Part shown: piece by piece, positions 28,943-37,539 of the stretch | Numbering within the stretch: position 1 is the stretch's first letter | Layout: every line of letters starts with the position of its first letter | Source: an uncultured delta proteobacterium | Lineage (GTDB): Bacteria; Desulfobacterota; Desulfuromonadia; Desulfuromonadales; BM103 | DNA length: 64,000 nucleotides | Reading direction: 5' to 3' | Assembly (NCBI GenBank): GCA_963715335.1 | Contig: CAVQRZ010000021.1 | Coordinates: 18,641-82,640 of the forward strand | Translations under genes and position numbers: made by a program | The notes under the pieces: model-generated | Told to the model about the DNA's origin: nothing | Database searches by the model: none | Seen by the model: only the letters and a program-made list of their open reading frames with translations

Positions 28943-28995
28943 GGGGGCTGGACGCTGGGGGCTGGCAAACCAGTCCCCAGCCCCTAGCCCCTAGC
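28943..28995. repeat. Inverted heptamer repeat array (GGGCTGG)n / (CCAGCCC)n
   Basis: GGGCTGG ACGCTGG GGGCTGG-CAAA-CCAGTCC CCAGCCC CTAGCCC. Confidence 0.65.
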
Positions 28996-28997
28996 GA

Positions 28998-30104
28998 CTA
29001 TTTGTTAGCGTTTTCCGCGGCTTCCTTCTCCATCCGCTTGCGGGTGCGATCGGGAATGTAGTTGCAGAACGGCTCTTCTTCCATGTAATCGCCGTAGACC
29101 GCATCAGCACGGGCGCGACAGCCACCGCAGACGTTGATAAACTCGCATTCGCCGCACTTGCCCTTGTACTTCTTGAAGTCACGCAGGTCGTTAAAGGTCT
29201 TGCTGTTGAACCAGAGTTCCTTGAACGGGATCTGCTTGACGTTGCCGACCGACGAGTGAAAATATGAGCAGGGCTTGAGGTTGCCGAAGCAGTCGATCAG
29301 GCAGATCGTCTGGGCAGCGATGCAGCCTTTGCCGCCACCGGTGGAGAACGTCAGGCTACGACGCTTGAAATCGACCCCTTCGGCCTTGGCCATCTGCGGC
29401 ACGATACGGTAATAGTGCGGCGCGCAGGTCGGCCGCATCAGGATGTCGTCTTCGCCCTTCTCCTGTTCGTAGTGCCAGGAGAGAATCTCCTCGTAATCAT
29501 CCGGCGAGATCAGTTCGTTCATGATCTCTTCGCCACGCCCGGTCGGCACGATCATGAACATGTACCAGGCTGTCGAACCGAGGCTCTTGGCCACCTTGAA
29601 GGTCGCAGCAATATCGTGCTGGTTGCGTTTGGTAAACGACGAGTTGATCAGGAACTTGATGCCGTTGCGTTTGAGCGTCTCGGCGCCGCGCACGACACCT
29701 TCGAAAGCCCCGGGACAGGCGCGGAAGTTATCATGTATTTCGGCTGTCGAGCCATCGAGTGAAAGCGAGACCATCTTGATGTCGGCTGCTTGCATCTGCT
29801 CGCAGATTTCATCGGTAATCAGGGTTCCGTTGGTCGCAATACACATGCGCAGCCCCTTATTGGTACCGTAGCGGGCGATCTCAAAGATATCCTTGCGGAG
29901 CAGCGGTTCACCGCCGGACAGGACCATGACCGGGGTGCTGACTTCGCAGATATCGTCAATCAGTTTGAACGCTTCTTCAGTATTGAAATCGCCGACCGCA
30001 GCATCCATGTCGGACGAACAGCGGCAGTGTACGCAATTAAGGTTGCAGCGCTGGGTCGATTCCCAGGCAATCCACTTGGGGATGAATTCTTCCTTTTTCG
30101 CCAT
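28998..30104 (-). CDS. Radical SAM/SPASM heme-biosynthesis protein (AhbD/NirJ-like)
   Basis: [33 protein letters not shown] and SPASM motif [19 protein letters not shown]; upstream of hemE. Confidence 0.8.
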   Translation of the reverse strand: MAKKEEFIPKWIAWESTQRCNLNCVHCRCSSDMDAAVGDFNTEEAFKLIDDICEVSTPVMVLSGGEPLLRKDIFEIARYGTNKGLRMCIATNGTLITDEICEQMQAADIKMVSLSLDGSTAEIHDNFRACPGAFEGVVRGAETLKRNGIKFLINSSFTKRNQHDIAATFKVAKSLGSTAWYMFMIVPTGRGEEIMNELISPDDYEEILSWHYEQEKGEDDILMRPTCAPHYYRIVPQMAKAEGVDFKRRSLTFSTGGGKGCIAAQTICLIDCFGNLKPCSYFHSSVGNVKQIPFKELWFNSKTFNDLRDFKKYKGKCGECEFINVCGGCRARADAVYGDYMEEEPFCNYIPDRTRKRMEKEAAENANK

Positions 30105-30301
30105 CCGAGCAACTCCTCAAGAAAAGAATGAGGTTCGGGGTTATCCCGAACCACATCCTGCGATACTACAACAGAACAGGCTGGCCTGACAAGGGCTATA
30201 GGGATATTTTCAAGTCCTGAACTGTTGGTTTTGTGCGGATTAAGCTGACATAAAAAAGGCAGCCTTCAGGCTGCCTTGCAAAGTTTAAGGACGCGGAAGC
30301 A

Positions 30302-31375
30302 TCATCCGCAGACAGCCTGGGTGACCTGGTCATGGAAGAGTTCGTCGAAAATACCCTGGACCGTTTCAATGCGCGTGGCTTTCCAGGCATTGCTGCCGCA
30401 GAAAACCAGTCCGGTTTCCATGTCGCCCCTTTGTGCACGATCAAGGGCATGGACGATGCAGAAGCGTTCCTGCTCAGACTTGTAAGTGCACTTGCGCAGG
30501 CAGCCGGTCGGGCATCTTGGTGTCATCTCCAGATCGCGTTCACGTATCGCCGGGACATTCGCCACCAGGGCCCTGCCCGGCAGACCCGCCGGACTCATAA
30601 TCAGCCCGATATCGCTTTCGCTGCAGTTCAGGTACGCCTGCTTGAAGGCATCATCGGCGTCACACTCTTCGGTACAGACAAAACGGGTCCCCATCTGTAC
30701 GCCGTCGGCTCCCTGTGCCATGGCATTGTCAAAATCGGCCCGGTCCCAGATACCCCCTGCGGCAATAACGGGAACATCAAGCTTCCACGTATCGCGGAGA
30801 TAAGCCTTGACACCGCGTACCGTCGCATACTGATCATATTCACCAGTCCCGATATTCTCCAATTTCTCCCCTAGATGACCACCCGCGGTGTCGGGGTCTT
30901 CAACCACCACGGCATCGGGCAGGCGATCATAGGCCTTGTGCCATTTGCGGGCGATCAATTCGGCGGCCTTGATCGAAGAAACGATCGGCACCAGGGCCAC
31001 GTCCGGCCAGTCGGCGGTCAGCTCCGGCAGGTTCATGGGCAGGCCGGCACCACTGACGATCAACTTCGCGCCACCTTCGCAGGAAGCTTTGACCAGCTCA
31101 GCATAGTCGGTGACCGCGACCATGCAGTTGGTGCCGATCACGCCATCCGGTGCAATTTCGTAAGCCTTGGCCAATTCATCCTTGAGCGCCAGAGGTTCTG
31201 CGGCAAAGTAGTTGTCACCCTTGAAACGCGGGGTGTTAATGCCGATTCCCGCAGTGGCCACCAGGCCGATGCCGCCACAGCGGGCCACGTTGCCGGCCAG
31301 GCGATGCCCCGAAACACGGACGGCCATGCCGCCCTGGATCAGAGGATAGGGAACTTCATGTTTGCCGATGCGCAT
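30302..31375 (-). CDS. Nitronate-monooxygenase/FabK-family FMN enzyme with C-terminal Cys cluster (FabX-like)
   Basis: PLIQGGM, SGAGLP, AGGHLG, IAAGGI, GVQMGTRF and CPTGCLRKC...FCI. Confidence 0.8.
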   Translation of the reverse strand: MRIGKHEVPYPLIQGGMAVRVSGHRLAGNVARCGGIGLVATAGIGINTPRFKGDNYFAAEPLALKDELAKAYEIAPDGVIGTNCMVAVTDYAELVKASCEGGAKLIVSGAGLPMNLPELTADWPDVALVPIVSSIKAAELIARKWHKAYDRLPDAVVVEDPDTAGGHLGEKLENIGTGEYDQYATVRGVKAYLRDTWKLDVPVIAAGGIWDRADFDNAMAQGADGVQMGTRFVCTEECDADDAFKQAYLNCSESDIGLIMSPAGLPGRALVANVPAIRERDLEMTPRCPTGCLRKCTYKSEQERFCIVHALDRAQRGDMETGLVFCGSNAWKATRIETVQGIFDELFHDQVTQAVCG

Positions 31376-31581
31376 CGTGACTCCGGAGACTTCAGGTTGA
31401 TCTTAGGCGAGAGGGCCTCAGATTCTTGATTGATTTTAACAGAGAGCTCTCTGCCGATATGTAATACTTCTGTAAAATCTTCGGCATAGTGTTGTCGTGA
31501 TCTTCACATATAATTCAATCTTTCTTGAAGGTTACGGCCTAAGGGTCAAAGCCGGTTTCTCCTTGTCGCCTGCTGTCGGTA

Positions 31582-32562
31582 ATGGTAAAAATATCGCTTA
31601 TGAAGTGGTTGAAACGCATATTTAACCCGCTTATGGCGTTTATCGGTATCCAGCTGGCTTGGGTCCTGGTGGTCATCGTCTGGCTGAACTGGTTCCTCGG
31701 CAGTCACCGCAAGTTGCGGCAACTGGCGGAAAAGTACAGCCCTGAGCTACTGGTAGGCGGCCCTGACTGGTTGATTCTCACCGAAGGTCTGCTGCTGCTG
31801 ATTTCGATCCTGGTCGGCGTTTACGTCATCTTCCTCTACTGGAAAAAGCAGTCCGCCCTGGTCCGGGAACAACGCCATTTCATCTCCCAGGTCACCCACG
31901 AATTGAAATCTCCGCTGGCCTCGCTGCAGCTGCATCTGGAAACCGTTCGTCGCCACCAGCCGTCGCCGGAAAAACTGGCTGCGTTCATAGAGACGATGTT
32001 GAGCGATACGACCCGCTTGAATGGCCTGATAGACAACCTCCTTTCAGCCAGCCGGGTGGAACAAAAGCACTGGCGGCTGGACCTGCAACCGATCGATTTC
32101 AGTGCCTTCGTCGAAAGATATTTCCGCACCCGGAAGTTCGCCCTGCCCAAGGCCGGCAAACTGACCATGGAGATCACCCCGGGCATCCATGCGGCCATCG
32201 ACCATGATGCCATGGAGACAGTCTTGCGCAACCTGCTGGAAAACGCGGTCCTCTACTCTGACAAATCCCCGCGGATTACTGTGAGCCTGGGCATGGAAGG
32301 AAAGAATTGCTGCCTGGCCATCGCCGACCATGGCCGCGGCATTGAATTCTACGAGCAGAAAAAAATCTTCAACATGTTCTACCGCATCCGCCGCAAGGAC
32401 GAGAACATTCGCGGCACGGGGCTCGGCTTGTTCATCGTGCACGCCATCGTCCGCCGCCATCACGGTCAGGTCAAGGTGGAGAGCAAGGGCAAGGGCCATG
32501 GCACTACCTTCAAAATCTGTCTGCCGCCGGCATCTTTGCCGGACACTGCGGAGGCCTCATGA
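31582..32562 (+). CDS. Sensor histidine kinase
   Basis: Two TMs, H-box VTHELKSPL, NLLENAVLY, D.G.GI and GTGLGL. Start 31582 or 31600. Confidence 0.92.
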   Translation: MVKISLMKWLKRIFNPLMAFIGIQLAWVLVVIVWLNWFLGSHRKLRQLAEKYSPELLVGGPDWLILTEGLLLLISILVGVYVIFLYWKKQSALVREQRHFISQVTHELKSPLASLQLHLETVRRHQPSPEKLAAFIETMLSDTTRLNGLIDNLLSASRVEQKHWRLDLQPIDFSAFVERYFRTRKFALPKAGKLTMEITPGIHAAIDHDAMETVLRNLLENAVLYSDKSPRITVSLGMEGKNCCLAIADHGRGIEFYEQKKIFNMFYRIRRKDENIRGTGLGLFIVHAIVRRHHGQVKVESKGKGHGTTFKICLPPASLPDTAEAS

Positions 32563-33272
32563 GGCCACCACGTATCCTTCTCGTCGAAGACGAAGAACAT
32601 ATCGCCCAGGGCCTGGTTTTCAACCTGGAACGGGAGGGCTACCGTGTTACTCACGCGGCGACCGGGGCCGCCGCCATGCAGGTCTTCGCCAACAAGCGGT
32701 TCGACCTGGTCGTTCTCGACCTGATGCTGCCCGACAGCCACGGTATAGACCTCTGTCAACAGATGCGCGAAACCTCGCCGCAGTTGCCGATCCTCATCCT
32801 CACAGCTTTGGGCGAAGAGCAGAATCGGGTTAAGGGCTTGCGGGTTGGCGCCGACGACTACCTGAGCAAGCCATTCAACCTCGAAGAGTTCCTGCTGCGG
32901 ATCAGGGGCATGCTGAAACGATCGGCATGGTATCAGCCGGGCTTCAACAGGAACGAGCATTACCGGTTCGACGGCAACCGCGTCGACCTGAAGAACCTCC
33001 AGGCAGACACGGCCAACGGCGCAATCCGACTCACCGAACTGGAAGGCCGCATGCTGGAGACTTTCTTTGCCCGTGAAGGGGAGACCCTGACCCGTGCCGA
33101 GCTGTTGAGATCGGTGTGGGGCATGGCAGAAGACACCGAAACCCGCACCCTCGACAACTTCGTCGTCAGGCTGCGCAAATATTTTGAGCAGGACCCGACC
33201 AACCCCCGGCACTTCCTGACGGTGCGGGGGCGCGGTTACCGGTTTGTCAGGGAGGGGGAAGGAAGCTCATAG
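32559..33272 (+). CDS. OmpR-family response regulator
   Basis: ILLVEDE, LDLMLP, GADDYLSKPF and winged helix TRTLDNFVVRLRK...TVRGRGYRF. Confidence 0.95.
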   Translation: MRPPRILLVEDEEHIAQGLVFNLEREGYRVTHAATGAAAMQVFANKRFDLVVLDLMLPDSHGIDLCQQMRETSPQLPILILTALGEEQNRVKGLRVGADDYLSKPFNLEEFLLRIRGMLKRSAWYQPGFNRNEHYRFDGNRVDLKNLQADTANGAIRLTELEGRMLETFFAREGETLTRAELLRSVWGMAEDTETRTLDNFVVRLRKYFEQDPTNPRHFLTVRGRGYRFVREGEGSS

Positions 33273-33273
33273 G

Positions 33274-33415
33274 TATTCAGAATCCAGTATTCAGAATCCA
33301 GTATTCAGAATTCAGTAGAAAACCAGTGCAGAACATCTGGTATAAAAGAATTCAAGCTGAGCCAAGACAACAGCAGTCTTAACTTCTGGATACTGAATAC
33401 TGAATTCTGTATCCT
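33274..33415. repeat. Heptamer tandem repeats in inverted arrangement (WATYCAG)n...(CTGRATW)n
   Basis: TATTCAG AATCCAG TATTCAG AATCCAG TATTCAG AATTCAG at 33274-33315 and CTGGATA CTGAATA CTGAATT at 33386-33406. Confidence 0.8.
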
Positions 33416-33448
33416 AATATTTCAACTTTTGACACGCGGAGGATAAAT

Positions 33449-34438
33449 ATGAAAGCAGTATTGATGGATAAATTCGGCGGCGTGGACGTACTCAAGGTCG
33501 GCGAAGTCGACAAGCCGACCCCGAAAGAGGGCGAAGTCCTGGTCAAGGTCGTTGCCACCTCGATCAACCGTCCCGACCTGGTCCAGCGCCAGGGCAACTA
33601 CCCGCCCCCTCCCGGAGACTCCGAGATCCTCGGCCTGGAAGTCTCGGGGACCATAGCAGAAATCGGCCAGGGAGTATCAGGATGGAGCGTTGGCGACCGG
33701 GTTATCAGTCTGGTCGGCGGCGGCGGTTACGCCGAGTACGCCGTGGCCTACGCCAGCCACCTGATGCGCATCCCCGACAGCGTCAACTTCGAAGAAGCCG
33801 CCTGCATCTGCGAGTCCTACATTACCGCGTTCCTCAACATCTTCATGATCGGTGATTTCCAGGACGGCCAGACCGCGATCATCCACGGCGGCGGCGGCGG
33901 CGTCAACACGGCAGCAATTCAGCTCAGCAAGGCGCTGACGCCGAACAGCAAGCTGATCGTCACGGCCCATCCGACCAAGATGGCCCGGGTCGGCGATCTT
34001 GGCGTCGATATGGTTATCAACTACGTTGAGAATCCGGACTTTACCGAAATTGTCAAGGAGTACACGAACAAGAAGGGTGTTGACCTGGTCCTCGACCATG
34101 TCGGTGCCAAGTATCTCGACCCGAACATGAAATCGCTCGCCTACAAGGGCAAACTGGTCCTGATCGGGGTCATCAGCGGCATCAAGGCCGAGCTCAACCT
34201 GGCCCTGATGATGGTCAAACGCCAACAGATCATCGGCTCTGTGCTGCGCTCCCGCCCGGTGCCGGAAAAAGCCGAGATCGTCGCCGAGTTCACCCGGCGC
34301 GCTCTGCCGAAATTCGCCGACCGCACCATTGTCCCAATCATCGAGAAGACGTTTACTATCGACGAGGTAGTCGAAGCCCATCGGATGATGGAAGAGGACA
34401 AACACTTCGGCAAGATTGTCTTGAAAATTTCTGGCTGA
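33449..34438 (+). CDS. NAD(P)H:quinone oxidoreductase (PIG3/zeta-crystallin family)
   Basis: INRPDLVQRQGNYPPP, LGLEVSG, GGGYAEY and HFGKIVL. Confidence 0.9.
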   Translation: MKAVLMDKFGGVDVLKVGEVDKPTPKEGEVLVKVVATSINRPDLVQRQGNYPPPPGDSEILGLEVSGTIAEIGQGVSGWSVGDRVISLVGGGGYAEYAVAYASHLMRIPDSVNFEEAACICESYITAFLNIFMIGDFQDGQTAIIHGGGGGVNTAAIQLSKALTPNSKLIVTAHPTKMARVGDLGVDMVINYVENPDFTEIVKEYTNKKGVDLVLDHVGAKYLDPNMKSLAYKGKLVLIGVISGIKAELNLALMMVKRQQIIGSVLRSRPVPEKAEIVAEFTRRALPKFADRTIVPIIEKTFTIDEVVEAHRMMEEDKHFGKIVLKISG

Positions 34439-34456
34439 CGTGAGGCCTAGAGACGC

Positions 34457-34969
34457 ATGCGTACAGATTGTGCCCTGAATATTATCCTGATCGGCATGCC
34501 TGGTGCCGGCAAGAGTACGGTTGGCGTACTCCTGGCAAAACGCCTCGGCTACAACTTTGTCGATACCGACCTGTTGCTGCAGACCGAACAGCGCGGTCGC
34601 CTGCAGGAGATCATCGCTCGTGCAGGAATGGAGCGGTTCAAGGAGCTCGAAGCGGACAACCTCTGCGGCCTGGCGACCACTCATAGCGTAGTTGCAACCG
34701 GAGGCTCGGCGGTGTATAGTGCGCGGGCCATGGACCGCCTCAGGGCGCTGGGACAGCTGGTATTTATCGACATCCCGCTCGAAGAACTGCTGACCAGAGT
34801 CCATGACATGGATACTCGCGGTCTGGTTATTGCCCCGGGCGAAAGCTACGAGCAGCTTTACCTGGAGCGCCAGCCGCTCTATGAAAAATACGCTGAAATA
34901 ACCATTTCGGGCGGCGGCATGGCAGTGGAAGCTGTTGCCGCGGCGATCGAAGAACAGGTCTGCGGATAA
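34457..34969 (+). CDS. aroK: Shikimate kinase
   Basis: IILIGMPGAGKSTVG, FVDTD, VVATGGS and ERQPLYEKYA. Confidence 0.85.
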   Translation: MRTDCALNIILIGMPGAGKSTVGVLLAKRLGYNFVDTDLLLQTEQRGRLQEIIARAGMERFKELEADNLCGLATTHSVVATGGSAVYSARAMDRLRALGQLVFIDIPLEELLTRVHDMDTRGLVIAPGESYEQLYLERQPLYEKYAEITISGGGMAVEAVAAAIEEQVCG

Positions 34970-34999
34970 GCTGACCGACAACCTACGATTTTAAGCTAT

Positions 35000-35710
35000 A
35001 TGTCATTCGGGAAATACTTCAATAAAGGGCAGAAGGTTTTTATCAAGCGGGTCTACAGCGATGAAGAACCGCCCGCCGTGGATACGATCACCGGCTATGC
35101 CATGCGCAGCCAGCCGATGCAGCTGGACCTGGCCCTGCCTTACGGATCGGACGCAGCCGACTCCTACCCTTTCGAACCAGAGATGAAGTTCGAGGTCATG
35201 ACCGACAGCAAGGGGATGGGGTTGCGCCTGACCGCAGCGTTCGTCGAGAAAATCAGCAGCCAGGACATCCGATTGGAGTTTGCAGGGGACCTGGAGTTTA
35301 TCTCCCGCAGGATTTACCCGCGCGTTGACGTCAACGCCTGGGTGGGGCTCAAGCGCGGCGAGGGCAATCTCTCGGCAATGCGTCAGCTCTGGCGAGAGCA
35401 CCTGGATAAAATCAGGTCAGGGGTTTCCGCTGCAGAGTTCACCGAATTCAACAAATACCTGGTCAACCTTGCCGGTGGCGGAATGCGCCTGCCCATGCAG
35501 CCGCCGATCAACATGGCTGAGCTGGTTTTGGTCTATCTGTCGATCGGCGACAAGAAAGGGATCATCTGTGGCCTTGCCGAGGTAATCTGGGTCGGGGAGG
35601 AGCAGAGCAACGGTCTGCAACTGGGCGGATTACGCTTCCTGAACATCCTTGAAGAAGACCAGGCCCGGCTAGATGCGGTCGTCAAGGGGCTCCTCGATCG
35701 TCTGGCTTAA
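35000..35710 (+). CDS. PilZ-domain protein
   Basis: RxxxR (RIYPR), NLAGGG motif, AEVIWV...GLRF. Confidence 0.75.
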   Translation: MSFGKYFNKGQKVFIKRVYSDEEPPAVDTITGYAMRSQPMQLDLALPYGSDAADSYPFEPEMKFEVMTDSKGMGLRLTAAFVEKISSQDIRLEFAGDLEFISRRIYPRVDVNAWVGLKRGEGNLSAMRQLWREHLDKIRSGVSAAEFTEFNKYLVNLAGGGMRLPMQPPINMAELVLVYLSIGDKKGIICGLAEVIWVGEEQSNGLQLGGLRFLNILEEDQARLDAVVKGLLDRLA

Positions 35711-35737
35711 CCGGCGCAGTAGAGAGTGGTCAGGCGA

Positions 35738-36337
35738 TCATTCCCCTGCGACAACCTTGCTGTTCAACTTTTCCCATAAAGTCTCATCCCGCCCGACAAA
35801 AACACTTTCCTCATCCGCCGGCACAACATGCCAGTCCCCGCGTTGCATTTCATGATTCAGTTGCCCGGGAGCCCATCCGGTATACCCGACAAAAGCCCGG
35901 TATTCGATCACTTCTACAGCGAAGTCAGGCCACACATCAAGAACCCCGACACCCGTTACATAGGTGTTCGCAAGGATTTTTTCGGCCGGTTCAGGAGGGT
36001 CGTTGTGCACCTTGACCAGGGCGAGCAGGGAATCCGGGTCAACCGGCCCACCATAGGATAAAGTCTGCCCCTGTCGGTCGAGTTGCGACTCTTTTGGCAG
36101 GACGGCATTCAACGGCAGCCTGCTGCCCCGGTTGATGATCAACCCGGCGGAGCCCTCTGCATCATGCCGGATCAGCAGGATCACCCGGGACTTGAAACGC
36201 GGGTCGGCCATTCCCTCATCGGCAACCAGGAACATCCCTTTGGCCGGGACGAAAGCGTGCAGGCCCAATGGGGTAAAAACCGTGTACAACGCCAGAGACA
36301 AAAAGAGAACCTTCAAGGGTTGCAGCAGCTTGATCAT
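35738..36337 (-). CDS. YqgE/AlgH-family protein
   Basis: FLVA...DPRF, GLIINR, YGGPV and FVGYTGWAPGQL. Confidence 0.85.
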   Translation of the reverse strand: MIKLLQPLKVLFLSLALYTVFTPLGLHAFVPAKGMFLVADEGMADPRFKSRVILLIRHDAEGSAGLIINRGSRLPLNAVLPKESQLDRQGQTLSYGGPVDPDSLLALVKVHNDPPEPAEKILANTYVTGVGVLDVWPDFAVEVIEYRAFVGYTGWAPGQLNHEMQRGDWHVVPADEESVFVGRDETLWEKLNSKVVAGE

Positions 36338-37506
36338 TATTGCTCCTTATTCGAGTTGGGCAACAGCACCCAGAATTTTGCGGTTTGTTTCATGCTCCCG
36401 GCCTTTGCCCCGGCGTCATCACCCATTCCCCAGAAAAAATCGCCGCGAACCCGACCCTTGATCGCGCCTCCCGTGTCCTGTGCCATCATCAGGCGCTGCA
36501 GCGGCTGGGCGCTGTTCGGCCAGCTTGTCTCGACAAAGACCGGCGTGCCAAGGGGGATATAACGCCGGTCAACGGCGATGCTGCGCCCCGGCGTCAGGGG
36601 AACCCCGAGCGCACCGGGCGGGCTCTTCACCTTGCTGTCCAGTTCACGGAAGAATACATAACTCGGGTTCTGGTTGAGCAGGGCGTCGACTTCCATCGGA
36701 TTGTTTCTCGCCCACTTGCTGATGTTCTGCATTGACATCTCGTGACGCTCCATGAGACCACGATCAATCAGGTACTTGCCGATCGACCTGTATGGATGGC
36801 CGTTCTGATCAGCGTAGTTGACCATGATCGACTCGCCATTATCCAGCAGGATGCGCCCTGAGCCCTGGATATGGAGGAAAAAGAGTTCAACGGGATCGGC
36901 CACCCAGAAAAGCTCTTGGCCGGCCAGGGGTCGGTCATAACTGTCTATACCGCTCCGGTCCCAGTAAGGGATGACCCGCTGGCCGTCAAGGCGTCCGCGT
37001 AGCCGGTAATCCCCCAGGTCTGGATAAACATCACTCAGGTCGATGGTCAGCAGGTTATCGGGACGACGATAGAGCGGGTACGGGTATTCCGAGGACGCAT
37101 AGCGACTGCCCTTCAGGTCCGGGACGTAATAGCCCGTCATCAGACCTTCGAAAGTGCCATCCGGCTGTTGGACCTGGTGCGGCACAAAATTCCGTTCAAA
37201 GAATTGCCGCGCCTCATCCTCTCCAGCTTGCACCATGGCGGCTGCCTGCTGGCAGGGTGCCTGCCACTCCGGGCGCCAGCGCAAAGCACTGCAACTCTCG
37301 AGGAAAGCGCCAAGCGCCTGGCTTGGGTCATCCTTGCGCCAGCCGGGAATCTCCTGCCAGGTGACAGGCCGCAGAACCGGGACCTCTTCTGCAGCGATCG
37401 GCCCTTCAACCACAGGAACTTCAACCACCGGTGGTGGTTCGGGCGGGCGGGCACAGGAGGCCAGCAGGATGAAAAGTATTACAATCAGCCAACGTTGTCT
37501 GAACAT
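36337..37506 (-). CDS. mltA: Membrane-bound lytic murein transglycosylase A
   Basis: Lipobox LLASC, TGYY.P, HIQGSGR, NPSYVFF and QDTGGAIKG.VRGDFFWG. Confidence 0.93.
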   Translation of the reverse strand: MFRQRWLIVILFILLASCARPPEPPPVVEVPVVEGPIAAEEVPVLRPVTWQEIPGWRKDDPSQALGAFLESCSALRWRPEWQAPCQQAAAMVQAGEDEARQFFERNFVPHQVQQPDGTFEGLMTGYYVPDLKGSRYASSEYPYPLYRRPDNLLTIDLSDVYPDLGDYRLRGRLDGQRVIPYWDRSGIDSYDRPLAGQELFWVADPVELFFLHIQGSGRILLDNGESIMVNYADQNGHPYRSIGKYLIDRGLMERHEMSMQNISKWARNNPMEVDALLNQNPSYVFFRELDSKVKSPPGALGVPLTPGRSIAVDRRYIPLGTPVFVETSWPNSAQPLQRLMMAQDTGGAIKGRVRGDFFWGMGDDAGAKAGSMKQTAKFWVLLPNSNKEQ

Positions 37507-37539
37507 TTATCCTCTCACTCTCGCAAACGATCTCCTACA

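Noticed and set aside
33677..34981. Long antisense ORFs (also 4885-5928, 9036-10052, 15846-16748, 26865-27767 and 59338-60237)
   Set aside because: Shadow frames opposite well-supported genes in GC-rich DNA, with no recognisable motifs.
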